Below, one piece after another: positions 18,892 to 26,545 of a stretch of DNA of 36,972 nucleotides. Both the position numbers and the translations under genes were made by a program. The stretch is from a virus (Duplodnaviria; Caudoviricetes): the IMG/VR virus record IMGVR_UViG_3300005326_000091, positions 1-36,972 of that record. The stretch is one strand, 5' to 3'. The notes beneath the pieces were generated by a model. That model was given only the letters and a program-made list of their open reading frames with translations. It searched no databases and was not told where the DNA came from. How positions within the stretch are numbered: the first letter of the stretch is position 1; each line of letters starts with the position of its first letter.

Positions 18892-19023
18892 GGTAGAATT
18901 AACCAAGGATTTGCACCTTGGATAAATCGAGGGATTCGAACCCCTTGTCCTTATATGTCTAGCTACCTGCTAGCCGCATATTCCGCTCGTCAGCGTGTGT
19001 CTACCTATTCCACCATTAATTCT
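18891..19023 (-). ncRNA. tRNA-like RNA (Leu/Ser-type D arm, no canonical anticodon arm, two T-arms, encoded CCA)
   Basis: AGAATTAA/TTAATTCT acceptor stem plus A-CCA; TGGTGGAATAGGTAGACAC D-arm; GGGG-TTCGAAT-CCCT and CCAAGG-TGCAAAT-CCTTGG. Confidence 0.7.
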
Positions 19024-19075
19024 ATCCTTGTTACACCACATCGACTCATCAATTAAGGGTGTAACGAGCATAGGA

Positions 19076-19618
19076 CTATTTAATTAAGTTATCTAATAAT
19101 ATAGGTTTATAATTTAAATTCTCTAAAGATACTAATTTGTGAATATTTTTATCATAATATTTCAAATCAAAATCTTTTTTATTTCTTTCTTCTTCACCAT
19201 CAACAACAAAATCTTTTTTTAATAACCTATTTAAAGCATTATGATAATGCCCATGAATATTTAGATTTTTAATATTTTGCGGTAAATGCGAAAAAGTTAT
19301 AAGTCTTTTATTGTAAACCCAATTAAAACTATGACAAACAAAATCCCATCCATTACTTATATACCAACTATCGCTTTTTTTATCATGATTTCCACGACAT
19401 AATATTTTTTTACATCCTTGCGTTAGAAGTCTTAATTTTAAATTCCATTCTTTATCGTCACCAATACAAATATCACCTAAATGGATTAAAATATCCCCAA
19501 CTGTTAAAAAGTTTAAATTTAATAAAATTAAATCGCTATGGTTTTCTGGCCTTCCACAATATTGGACCATTTTATCATGACCAAAATGTGTATCTGATAT
19601 AACCCAAATTTTATTCAT
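19076..19618 (-). CDS. Calcineurin-like metallophosphoesterase
   Basis: SDTHFGH, HLGD, GNHD, FSH, NIHGHYH motifs. Confidence 0.92.
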   Translation of the reverse strand: MNKIWVISDTHFGHDKMVQYCGRPENHSDLILLNLNFLTVGDILIHLGDICIGDDKEWNLKLRLLTQGCKKILCRGNHDKKSDSWYISNGWDFVCHSFNWVYNKRLITFSHLPQNIKNLNIHGHYHNALNRLLKKDFVVDGEEERNKKDFDLKYYDKNIHKLVSLENLNYKPILLDNLIK

Positions 19619-19791
19619 TTAATCAGTCTTTCTTCTTGGGTTATTTTGTCAAATTGCCATGAATCGCAATTTTCATGCGAATACGTAGAAAAACTTCGAT
19701 TATATTTATTTCTACAAAAACTATTTTCATTCAGTGGAGCATATTCACAATTCCCGCAACATTTTAAGTCTTCGATGTTTAGGTTAGTCAT
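19615..19791 (-). CDS. Small Cys-rich protein, 58 aa (not in ORF track)
   Basis: MTNLNIEDLKCCGNC...C...CDSW; overlaps neighbours at start and stop. Confidence 0.65.
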   Translation of the reverse strand: MTNLNIEDLKCCGNCEYAPLNENSFCRNKYNRSFSTYSHENCDSWQFDKITQEERLIK

Positions 19792-20026
19792 TTAATTTAT
19801 ACCATCCTTTATTATTTCTTATTAACAATCCTAACTCGACCAACTTTAAACAAATAGGACTTGCCCAGCCAGAATGATAATTTCCTAATAGATCAGTTCT
19901 AAATAATCCCCAAGCGATACCTATTTCTGTGGGGCTTGTAAAATCTTTACCTTTTAAATATTTTAAAATAAATTTATGACTTGCTTTTCCATTTTTATTT
20001 CCGCCATTTAAAACTATTTTATTCAT
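19784..20026 (-). CDS. Putative winged-HTH DNA-binding protein
   Basis: ILKYLKGKDFTSPTEIG...ASPICLKLVELGLLIRNNKGWY pattern. Confidence 0.6.
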   Translation of the reverse strand: MNKIVLNGGNKNGKASHKFILKYLKGKDFTSPTEIGIAWGLFRTDLLGNYHSGWASPICLKLVELGLLIRNNKGWYKLND

Positions 20027-20129
20027 TTATACATTCCACCTTATAAATTCTTTTGCAGTGTAAGCATATAAAATTATCGTCATATCTAAGCTGAAAAGAT
20101 TTATGTCCACAATTACATACAAAATCCAT
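20019..20129 (-). CDS. Micro Zn-ribbon protein, 36 aa (not in ORF track)
   Basis: MDFVCNCGHKSF...ICLHCKRIY; GGAGG RBS. Confidence 0.65.
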   Translation of the reverse strand: MDFVCNCGHKSFQLRYDDNFICLHCKRIYKVECINE

Positions 20130-20132
20130 AAT

Positions 20133-20381
20133 TTATTCCTCCCATCCTAATAATTTGGCGATTGCGATTTGAGTTTTCTCGGATTGATGACCAAAATCCA
20201 TCGAAAAGTTCCAAGTGAAAAGATCTAATCCCCTATCTACATCCCATTGCGCTTTTCCATCTAAATTCAAAATAATATTTCTTTGCCCCCAATAAATTCT
20301 GCTTAAACATCCTAAAATTATGGGTAATGTTACGAGAAAAGTACCTAATTTTTTATAAACAAATTCTTGTGGTTTATTCAT
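20133..20381 (-). CDS. Hypothetical protein
   Basis: ORF coupled to upstream stop (TAATG). Confidence 0.6.
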   Translation of the reverse strand: MNKPQEFVYKKLGTFLVTLPIILGCLSRIYWGQRNIILNLDGKAQWDVDRGLDLFTWNFSMDFGHQSEKTQIAIAKLLGWEE

Positions 20382-20611
20382 TAAACGCCCCAGTTTCCAA
20401 GTAATTCCATAAATAATTTTATGTTTTTATGCGAGTAAATATAAACCCCGTTATTGCATACCCAGCGCATCATTTCCCCCCTTACGTCCAAGTGCATAGA
20501 ATAACTACTGTCAACGTTCAAATAAAGCCCTAATCCGTAGTCATTGGGGTGTCTATCGCACAGCAATTTAAATATTTCTTTGATTTTGGGATGAACTAGA
20601 TCGCACGCCAT
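20381..20611 (-). pseudogene. C-terminal fragment of an M15-type peptidase
   Basis: ACD...GLGLY...MHLDVR...RW resembles the second half of M15 peptidases; the first zinc-ligand His is missing. Confidence 0.45.
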
Positions 20612-20802
20612 GATTTGTCTTTTAATCCGGTAAATTGCTCCGGTTCTCCACTTATCTCAATGGGATGATCATTTTTATAACAATTTACGCGCCCGTGACT
20701 ACCAATAATTTCAAATTTCTGCCCCATAAAACCCCAAAACTCAAAACCTTTTTCTTGGCATTTATTGCATTTTATTGGTAATCTGAATTTAATTTCCCTC
20801 AT
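20596..20802 (-). pseudogene. Truncated YopX-family protein
   Basis: MREIKFR...EQFTGLKDK then stops where NGKEIYEGDI is expected. Confidence 0.65.
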
Positions 20803-20986
20803 TTTTTAACCTCCATAAATAGATTTCTAATTCAGTACAAAAACATTTATTAAGCTCAACTCTACAATTAGTAGATCGTCTATGTTTAGAAATTAATCGT
20901 TTTATTTGTCTAAAGGTCAAAGCGTTAGTAATTTCTATCCCTTGCATATTTGCGGTTATTGTATGATCGCCTGGATATATCTCCAT
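20789..20986 (-). CDS. Hypothetical protein
   Basis: ORF in the tightly packed minus-strand operon. Confidence 0.55.
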   Translation of the reverse strand: MEIYPGDHTITANMQGIEITNALTFRQIKRLISKHRRSTNCRVELNKCFCTELEIYLWRLKNEGN

Positions 20987-21147
20987 TAAAATTCCTTTTC
21001 AAAATAAGCGTCAATCAAATCAAATAAAACTGTCCCTTCTAAACCCATTCCTTCGTCCCCATTGGCAATATAAGTATATGGTTTCCCATCATAAACTAGC
21101 GGATTACCATTTGGATTTATGCTTATTTCATATTTTTTATTTTCCAT
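20986..21147 (-). CDS. Hypothetical 53-aa protein (not in ORF track)
   Basis: MENKKYEISINPNGNPLVYDGKPYTYIANGDEGMGLEGTVLFDLIDAYFEKEF fills the gap; AAGGT RBS. Confidence 0.6.
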   Translation of the reverse strand: MENKKYEISINPNGNPLVYDGKPYTYIANGDEGMGLEGTVLFDLIDAYFEKEF

Positions 21148-21373
21148 ATTTTTTTACCTTCAAATACCTAAAATCAGAATAAAATTTACAGTCAAACACA
21201 AAGCCTTTTTCGGCATCTATATAGAATTCCTGTCCGTATGTTTTCCCGTCTTCGCTGAATGAAACAACATATAATTCTTTCCCATCTGGTACAAATAGTT
21301 CTATTAAAATAAAAATTACTGATGCAAGCATTAATCCAAAAATAATATTCATTAAAAAATTTATTTTATTCAT
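21137..21373 (-). CDS. Membrane-anchored hypothetical protein
   Basis: N-terminal hydrophobic helix. Confidence 0.65.
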   Translation of the reverse strand: MNKINFLMNIIFGLMLASVIFILIELFVPDGKELYVVSFSEDGKTYGQEFYIDAEKGFVFDCKFYSDFRYLKVKKYGK

Positions 21374-22293
21374 ATTTTTAACCCCGTAATCTCAAAGAAT
21401 TTATTTTTAGCTTCCTTGGTTTGAAATTCAGGTATTGATTTATAAATATCAAGAACTTCTTTTGGGCATCTGCTCCAGGCTTTTTTATAATTAAAATTTT
21501 CTTCTTTTTTTAATTCAAACCAAGAAAAATTAATCTCAAATAATTTTTGGGGTATTTCGGAAATTTCTTTATCAAATAAAAAATATTTTGTTTGTGTACA
21601 AAAGTAATTCCGATACCCATCCCCGCTATTCCAATACCCGCTATTCCCATTCCCGCTATTCCCATCCCCGCTATTCCAATACCCGCTATTCCAATCCCCG
21701 CTATTCCTATTCCCGCTATTCCCATTCCCGCTATTCCAATCCCCGCTATTCCTATTCCCGCTATTCCCATTCCCGCTATTCCAATACCCGCTATTCCCAT
21801 TCCCGCTATTCCAATCCCCGCTATTCCTATTCCCGCTATTCCCATTCCCGCTATTCCAATACCCGCTATTCCCATCCCCGCTATTCCAATTCCCGCTATT
21901 CCTATTCCCGCTATTCCCATCCCCGCTATTCCAATTCCCGCTATTCCTATTCCCGCTATTATTATTTTCATCAACATCTTCATAGATTAATTCTAATATT
22001 TTTATTTTATTAGTTACGCATTTTTCCGTGTCTTCTTGAATTTCCCCTAACGATTCAACCTTATAAATAACATTATCTTTTTCCAAATAATCTATAGCAA
22101 AACAATAATGTCTGAAAAAATGAAATCCATTTTTGCATAACTCTGGCTGGCCTTTATTGGTATAAATTTTATTTAATTTAAAATATATTTTCTCGCAATT
22201 ACCATTTCCGTCTGTATAAATACCTTTATCATCTTTTTTAAAGGCTTTATAACCAATTATTTTTTCTCTATGATTTTTAATTGTTGGGTTCAT
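21370..22293 (-). CDS. Phage pentapeptide-repeat (NSGxx) protein
   Basis: N-term GYKAF...LCKNGFHF...KCVTNKIKI domain, 23 NSGxx repeats, C-term IPEF...FFEITG. Confidence 0.88.
   Translation of the reverse strand: MNPTIKNHREKIIGYKAFKKDDKGIYTDGNGNCEKIYFKLNKIYTNKGQPELCKNGFHFFRHYCFAIDYLEKDNVIYKVESLGEIQEDTEKCVTNKIKILELIYEDVDENNNSGNRNSGNWNSGDGNSGNRNSGNWNSGDGNSGYWNSGNGNSGNRNSGDWNSGNGNSGYWNSGNGNSGNRNSGDWNSGNGNSGNRNSGDWNSGYWNSGDGNSGNGNSGYWNSGDGYRNYFCTQTKYFLFDKEISEIPQKLFEINFSWFELKKEENFNYKKAWSRCPKEVLDIYKSIPEFQTKEAKNKFFEITGLKI
21616..21960 (-). repeat. 23 x 15-bp tandem repeat AATAGCGGG(A/G/T)AT(A/G/T)GG
   Basis: Counted directly: 345 bp = 23 units. Confidence 0.95.
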
Positions 22294-22339
22294 TTTTTTA
22301 ATCCTTATTGTTCAAATATTATTGTTTTCAATTAAGTTA

Positions 22340-22679
22340 TTAATTATAAATTTTAACTCTCACAAAATTCGATTTCACATCTTTTGCAGTCCCTATCATT
22401 TGTATAAGCGATTCCCTGCAGGCTATCAAGTATTCCCTTTGCGTAGTTGTCGATATCTCCTCTTTGTTTTCCGAACATTTTAATTTCAATTCCAAAAGAG
22501 CCATTAAATAAGAAATCCGGACTATTTCCTTGTATTTGCTGTATCTCTGATACTGTTTGCTTACAAACATTTGATTTCTTGTTGTCCTTACGCAAGGGAC
22601 TGCTTTTCCTGGTATTTTGAAACTTATTTCCATTTAATAATTCCCTATATTCAGATTGGCTAATCGAGTTTTTAGCCAT
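22340..22679 (-). CDS. rusA: RusA-family Holliday junction resolvase split over two reading frames
   Basis: RusA-like N-terminus MEISFKIPGKAVPCVR..YQRYSKYK in frame 22340..22633; catalytic GDIDNYAKGILDSLQGIAYTND in frame 22353..22679. Confidence 0.75.
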
Positions 22680-22846
22680 TAATATAAATCTTCTCTTATT
22701 TTCTCGGAATTTTCCCCATTTATGTTGTTATTATAAAGGCTATATATTTGCCCGCCCTTAAATCTTAATTTACCCTTCAAATTGCTGGAAATTATCCAAG
22801 AAAAGCACACTATTAATAAAATTATAGATAGAATTAATTCGCCCAT
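22679..22846 (-). CDS. Small membrane protein, 55 aa (not in ORF track)
   Basis: MGELILSIILLIVCFSWII...; GGGGG RBS; TAATG coupling to 22679. Confidence 0.6.
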   Translation of the reverse strand: MGELILSIILLIVCFSWIISSNLKGKLRFKGGQIYSLYNNNINGENSEKIREDLY

Positions 22847-22855
22847 ATTAACCCC

Positions 22856-23338
22856 CTATTTTTTATCAGATTTATACCATGATAAATGAGATAGTCCGGC
22901 AACTTCGTTGATGTAAGTTATAGCCCCGCAACCAACAAATTTTCCGTCCAATCCTTTCTTTCCTTTGCAGGAAAAATCCGGCGATTTAGCGCTAAATGCC
23001 CCAGTTCGCTTCTTCTCTCTATTATCCCAAACATCCGCCCCGCAAAGCCCGCATTTAACTTTTTGGGTATCTTCTAAAATGCTATTCTTTTTAATATCCT
23101 GAATTGCCACGTTAAAATCGAAATCTTCTGATTCTGGTTTTATTTGAGGAACGCCTATAGTCTTATCATAAGGGATTTTCTCTTTTAGAATATCAATTAC
23201 ACATTTGGTGTAATCAATCGTCTGTTCTTCCGGCAAAATAACCTTGATCTTAATATTCGCAAACTGTCCGTAAGGATATAATATTTCAACCTCATTCATA
23301 ACTGGTTTACCTGGTAACAAATTACTTAATTTATCCAT
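22856..23338 (-). CDS. Hypothetical protein with C-terminal Zn ribbon (recombination module)
   Basis: CGLCGADVWDNREKK...SPDFSC...C motif; adjacent to Gp157. Confidence 0.65.
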   Translation of the reverse strand: MDKLSNLLPGKPVMNEVEILYPYGQFANIKIKVILPEEQTIDYTKCVIDILKEKIPYDKTIGVPQIKPESEDFDFNVAIQDIKKNSILEDTQKVKCGLCGADVWDNREKKRTGAFSAKSPDFSCKGKKGLDGKFVGCGAITYINEVAGLSHLSWYKSDKK

Positions 23339-23347
23339 TTTATTCTC

Positions 23348-23836
23348 CTATTTAATTTGTAGATTTTGTTTTTCTACTAATAAAGCTCCATCTATTTTAA
23401 TGCCGTCTTTTAATTTTTCAGAAATACTTTTTTTATCGACTTCATATTTAACCCGCATAAATTCTTTGTTATCAAAACCATCAACTATTTCAACGGAAGA
23501 GCTATTCCTAAAAGATAATTTAATTTTAGATGTTTCAAATTTATATTTATTATTTCCAATCATAAAATTAGATAAATATTTACGTAGAAATTCAGATTTT
23601 GCATTACTTGCTTTTATTCTTTTTTCTAAATTCTTTTTTTCTAAGTTCAAAGCCTCTGAAAAGGATTCGGTATTCTTAATATACAATCCTATATTTTCAA
23701 TTTTATCTTCAAGATTACATTTTAGTGCGTTTAAATCGCCTTCTTTTAATTCTAAAATTTCTCCAGTTTCACTATCTATCATAATTCCAGATTCTATTGC
23801 TATTTTAATTAATTCATTAATTTCATATAAATTCAT
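23348..23836 (-). CDS. Siphovirus Gp157-family protein
   Basis: MNLYEI, DSETGEI, KIENIGLYIKN, LSFRNSSSVEI, VDKKSI..LKDG..IDGA.L....NLQIK. Confidence 0.9.
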   Translation of the reverse strand: MNLYEINELIKIAIESGIMIDSETGEILELKEGDLNALKCNLEDKIENIGLYIKNTESFSEALNLEKKNLEKRIKASNAKSEFLRKYLSNFMIGNNKYKFETSKIKLSFRNSSSVEIVDGFDNKEFMRVKYEVDKKSISEKLKDGIKIDGALLVEKQNLQIK

Positions 23837-23840
23837 TATT

Positions 23841-23921
23841 TTATTCTCCTACACTTAATTCACACCCAAGACAAAGTCCGGGTTCATTAATTTCATCTTT
23901 GCAACACGCACATTTATACAT
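23841..23921 (-). CDS. Micro Zn-finger peptide MYKCACCKDEINEPGLCLGCELSVGE (not in ORF track)
   Basis: GGGGGA RBS; two CxxC. Confidence 0.55.
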   Translation of the reverse strand: MYKCACCKDEINEPGLCLGCELSVGE

Positions 23922-24117
23922 TAGCTAATCCCCCCATTAACTTATTAGCAAAATCGACCATTGAAAATTCACTTATTCCCAATCTAAAACTATTTGTTTG
24001 GGTATTTACCCGATGAACATTCAGGCAATCTACACAAACAAAATGACCTGTAATATCAGCATGAACGCCTGGAACAAATTTATTACATTTTTTACAATAT
24101 AATCCGTTCTCTTCCAT
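23914..24117 (-). CDS. Small Zn-finger protein
   Basis: CKKC...CVDC; GGAGG RBS. Confidence 0.7.
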   Translation of the reverse strand: MEENGLYCKKCNKFVPGVHADITGHFVCVDCLNVHRVNTQTNSFRLGISEFSMVDFANKLMGGLANV

Positions 24118-24153
24118 TTTAAACCCTCCAAGTTTTATTTATTATCCTATGTA

Positions 24154-24182
24154 ATTATATAAGTATATACAGAACAAGTCAA
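24154..24182 (-). promoter_or_regulatory. Sigma70-type promoter for the recombination arm
   Basis: TTGACT-17 bp-TATAAT on the minus strand. Confidence 0.8.
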
Positions 24183-24190
24183 GTATTATT

Positions 24191-24349
24191 TTAAAGATGA
24201 TTAAATTGAGTTATGCTTCTTAATGCTAGTACATTTTTTTTGACTTCAATTGATTTTTCTTTGTCTTCGTACCAGCTACAATCTACGCATTCTTTTTTGC
24301 ATAATTCGTTAGTTTTTAATCCTAAAAATTTTAATCTGCAATTTTTCAT
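24191..24349 (-). CDS. Small Cys-containing protein, 52 aa (not in ORF track)
   Basis: MKNCRLKF...LCKKECVDCSW; AAGGA RBS. Confidence 0.55.
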   Translation of the reverse strand: MKNCRLKFLGLKTNELCKKECVDCSWYEDKEKSIEVKKNVLALRSITQFNHL

Positions 24350-24402
24350 TTTTTTAATCCTTTCTTAAAATAGATTTTAATTTTTTCTTCATCTAAATTT
24401 CC

Positions 24403-24741
24403 TTAATATTTATCTTTATGTATAAATTCACCTTTTATTTTATTAAAAAAAATCTTTGCCAAGCCTTCATTTTTAAAAGTTATAGAGTTCGCAATAAAGC
24501 TTTCTTGCCACTCTTGAAAACCATTGCAAATCCAAACTTCATTTTTATAGATATAACATTCCTTATATATATTAATTGGTCTATATAGTTTAAATTTTTT
24601 TTCTATTAAATTTCTTATTTCTATGTTAAATGGTAAATAATAATGATAAACACTTATGCGATCTTTATCTATCCATTCACATAATAAATGGATTGGAACA
24701 AAAAAAATTAATAATCCGATAATAATTATAATTATTCCCAT
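24403..24741 (-). CDS. Membrane-anchored hypothetical protein
   Basis: N-terminal IIIIIIGLLIFFVPI helix. Confidence 0.6.
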   Translation of the reverse strand: MGIIIIIIGLLIFFVPIHLLCEWIDKDRISVYHYYLPFNIEIRNLIEKKFKLYRPINIYKECYIYKNEVWICNGFQEWQESFIANSITFKNEGLAKIFFNKIKGEFIHKDKY

Positions 24742-24742
24742 A

Positions 24743-24985
24743 TCAATCCTTCCAATAACTAGAATTTGTTTTTTTCCTGGGTTTATTAATTATTAGTTTA
24801 TCATCGCAATATTTACCTTCTAAAATTGAATCGGCAATTACATTTAAGAAAACTAATAAGCGGTCGAATTTAATTGATTTAGGCTCTCTTGATATATAAA
24901 CAGCCCATTCATAGATCAGCTGTTTTAAATCTTTTCCAAAATTAAAGATATTCTGATCTAAACTTGAGGATATTATTTTTCTCAT
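24743..24985 (-). CDS. Hypothetical protein
   Basis: GAGGGG RBS; ATGA overlap. Confidence 0.65.
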   Translation of the reverse strand: MRKIISSSLDQNIFNFGKDLKQLIYEWAVYISREPKSIKFDRLLVFLNVIADSILEGKYCDDKLIINKPRKKTNSSYWKD

Positions 24986-25167
24986 TTTACCCCCTCGTAT
25001 GGTGTAAAACCGTCAATCTTTAATTTATTGGCAATAAATTTGCTTAGAGATCGGCCGCTATTAAAACCTAAGGATTTATAGTTTTTTAAAATTAAATATA
25101 GCGATATATCAACCCTGCAAATTTTGCCCTTTGTATCTGTATATTTTTTATCATAAATATTTTTCAT
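24982..25167 (-). CDS. Hypothetical protein (possible small DNA-binding protein)
   Basis: GAGGT RBS; basic. Confidence 0.6.
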   Translation of the reverse strand: MKNIYDKKYTDTKGKICRVDISLYLILKNYKSLGFNSGRSLSKFIANKLKIDGFTPYEGVK

Positions 25168-25179
25168 TTCTAACCTCTA

Positions 25180-25515
25180 CTAAAACTTTATTAATTGAAG
25201 CGGACAGCTAGTTACATTAAACTTCTCAGCCCTTAATTTATAACCTTCATTAATTAAAGATATAGCCCCGCTGGAATTTGTGTTTTTATACTTAATATAT
25301 TGTAAAATTAGATCAGATATAATCGGTAAAAACGATTTTTTTATGTGTTCTTCTTCTAAGTATTCGCTACTCATAAAATTAATTTCAGAATCAACTATAT
25401 CTATAAAGCTCTTATTTTTATCGATATTTAGCTCATATCCTATTAAGTATTCGCAGGCTTCATAACCTATTTTTTTAAGTCGCCTGCAAACTTCGTGAAA
25501 TTCCGTATTGTCCAT
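25180..25515 (-). CDS. Hypothetical protein
   Basis: GGAG RBS; abuts upstream gene. Confidence 0.65.
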   Translation of the reverse strand: MDNTEFHEVCRRLKKIGYEACEYLIGYELNIDKNKSFIDIVDSEINFMSSEYLEEEHIKKSFLPIISDLILQYIKYKNTNSSGAISLINEGYKLRAEKFNVTSCPLQLIKF

Positions 25516-25821
25516 TTATTCTCCCGATTTATTTAATAAGCATGGTGGGTAATGCCAGGCCATATAAGGTAGCGCACTTATTGGTAATCCTGATCTTTTA
25601 CAGTGATCGATTAAATCTAATGTCTGGCTAAATGCTTCTGCCGGTAATAAATTAAATTTAGACTGGAAAAACCCAACAGCCGTTAAAAATTCCTTATGAC
25701 TTAATTTAAATCCCTTATATTCCATGGGGAAATATAGGTTCTTTTTTTCTTCCAGCTCTTCTATTATGTTAATAATTCGAAAATTAGTTACATCTAAATC
25801 CTTTGCTTTTAACATTTTCAA
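25516..25821 (-). CDS. Hypothetical protein
   Basis: GGAGGGG RBS before TTG/ATG. Confidence 0.65.
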   Translation of the reverse strand: MKMLKAKDLDVTNFRIINIIEELEEKKNLYFPMEYKGFKLSHKEFLTAVGFFQSKFNLLPAEAFSQTLDLIDHCKRSGLPISALPYMAWHYPPCLLNKSGE

Positions 25822-25839
25822 TCCCCTCCGATTAAAATA

Positions 25840-25995
25840 TTAATTAATGCTTAAATCACAATGGGCTTCAGCATCGCCGAAATCCATAATAAAAATGAAA
25901 GTACATTTTTTCTTATTATTATCTTTGCGGTACTTAGCTATTAACTTCGAATTTTGATCAAATGCAGATTCAATTTCTTGTTTTTTACTCAACAT
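25840..25995 (-). CDS. Hypothetical 51-aa protein, first gene of the leftward operon (not in ORF track)
   Basis: AGGAGGTGA RBS; MLSKKQEIESAFDQNSK... Confidence 0.7.
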   Translation of the reverse strand: MLSKKQEIESAFDQNSKLIAKYRKDNNKKKCTFIFIMDFGDAEAHCDLSIN

Positions 25996-26016
25996 TATAA
26001 TCACCTCCTAAAATCT

Positions 26017-26113
26017 ATCTTAATATAGTTAACGAGAAAACACAAGCTTTTAATGTATTGATTGTTTATGATATATTTATAGGCTTGCTTAAGTAATAAC
26101 ATAACTTTATAAT
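26017..26113. promoter_or_regulatory. Back-to-back divergent promoters
   Basis: Minus: TTGTGT(26045-26040)-17-TAAGAT(26022-26017). Plus: TTGCTT(26085-26090)-17-TATAAT(26108-26113). Confidence 0.65.
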
Positions 26114-26139
26114 AATAAAAGAATTGAGGTGAGAAATCA

Positions 26140-26316
26140 ATGAATAAAGGTTACAAAGCCCAATATGTGTATTTTTGTAAGCATTGCGGACGATTAAGCC
26201 AGATTGAGAATTTACTAGGCAATAAAGCCCCTGTAAGTTGCCCAAAAAGAGATTGCCAGCGAAGGAACACAATGATTCCGGCAAATAAAAAACAGATAGA
26301 AAAATATTTAAATTAA
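26140..26316 (+). CDS. Zn-ribbon protein, 58 aa (not in ORF track)
   Basis: GAGGTG RBS; YFCKHCG...CPKRDC. Confidence 0.75.
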   Translation: MNKGYKAQYVYFCKHCGRLSQIENLLGNKAPVSCPKRDCQRRNTMIPANKKQIEKYLN

Positions 26317-26382
26317 TAGTTACCATAAAATAATTTATTGATTTTCTACTACTTATAAGGAATAATAAGAGAGGTGTTAATT

Positions 26383-26517
26383 ATGGCTAAAATTCCGTTT
26401 AAATTGACCTGCAATAAGTGCGGGCATGAATGGATAAGAAGATTTCCAAATGTCCCTAAACTTTGCCCTAAATGCAAAACTTTTAAATGGGATAGGAAAG
26501 ACTATAAAAGTAAATAA
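26383..26517 (+). CDS. Zn-ribbon protein MAKIPFKLTCNKCGHEWIRRFPNVPKLCPKCKTFKWDRKDYKSK (not in ORF track)
   Basis: GAGGTG RBS; CxxCGHEW...P..CPKC...W motif. Confidence 0.8.
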   Translation: MAKIPFKLTCNKCGHEWIRRFPNVPKLCPKCKTFKWDRKDYKSK

Positions 26518-26545
26518 TTCGAATTATTACAAAGAGAGGGAAAAA

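Noticed and set aside
18925-18950. tRNA 3'-half as an attP core for integration
   Set aside because: No integrase is present, and the T-arm is embedded in a larger folded element without its own acceptor end.
19025-19075. Hammerhead ribozyme suggested by TGATGAG on the minus strand
   Set aside because: Lacks the CUGAnGA/GAAA core and the three-stem arrangement.
21510-22013. Alternative-frame ORFs (IAGIG, IPAIP and YSxxR repeats) and a possible CRISPR array
   Set aside because: They are by-products of a stop-free 15-bp tandem repeat. There are no unique spacers or cas genes, and only the NSGxx frame has flanking domains.
26066-26326. 86-aa minus-strand ORF from the track
   Set aside because: It is antisense to a better supported plus-strand Zn-ribbon gene (26140..26316) with RBS and promoter.
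26450-26545. N-terminal extension of the replication initiator
   Set aside because: It overlaps the Zn-ribbon gene 26383..26517; the family-like sequence and RBS begin at TTG 26546.
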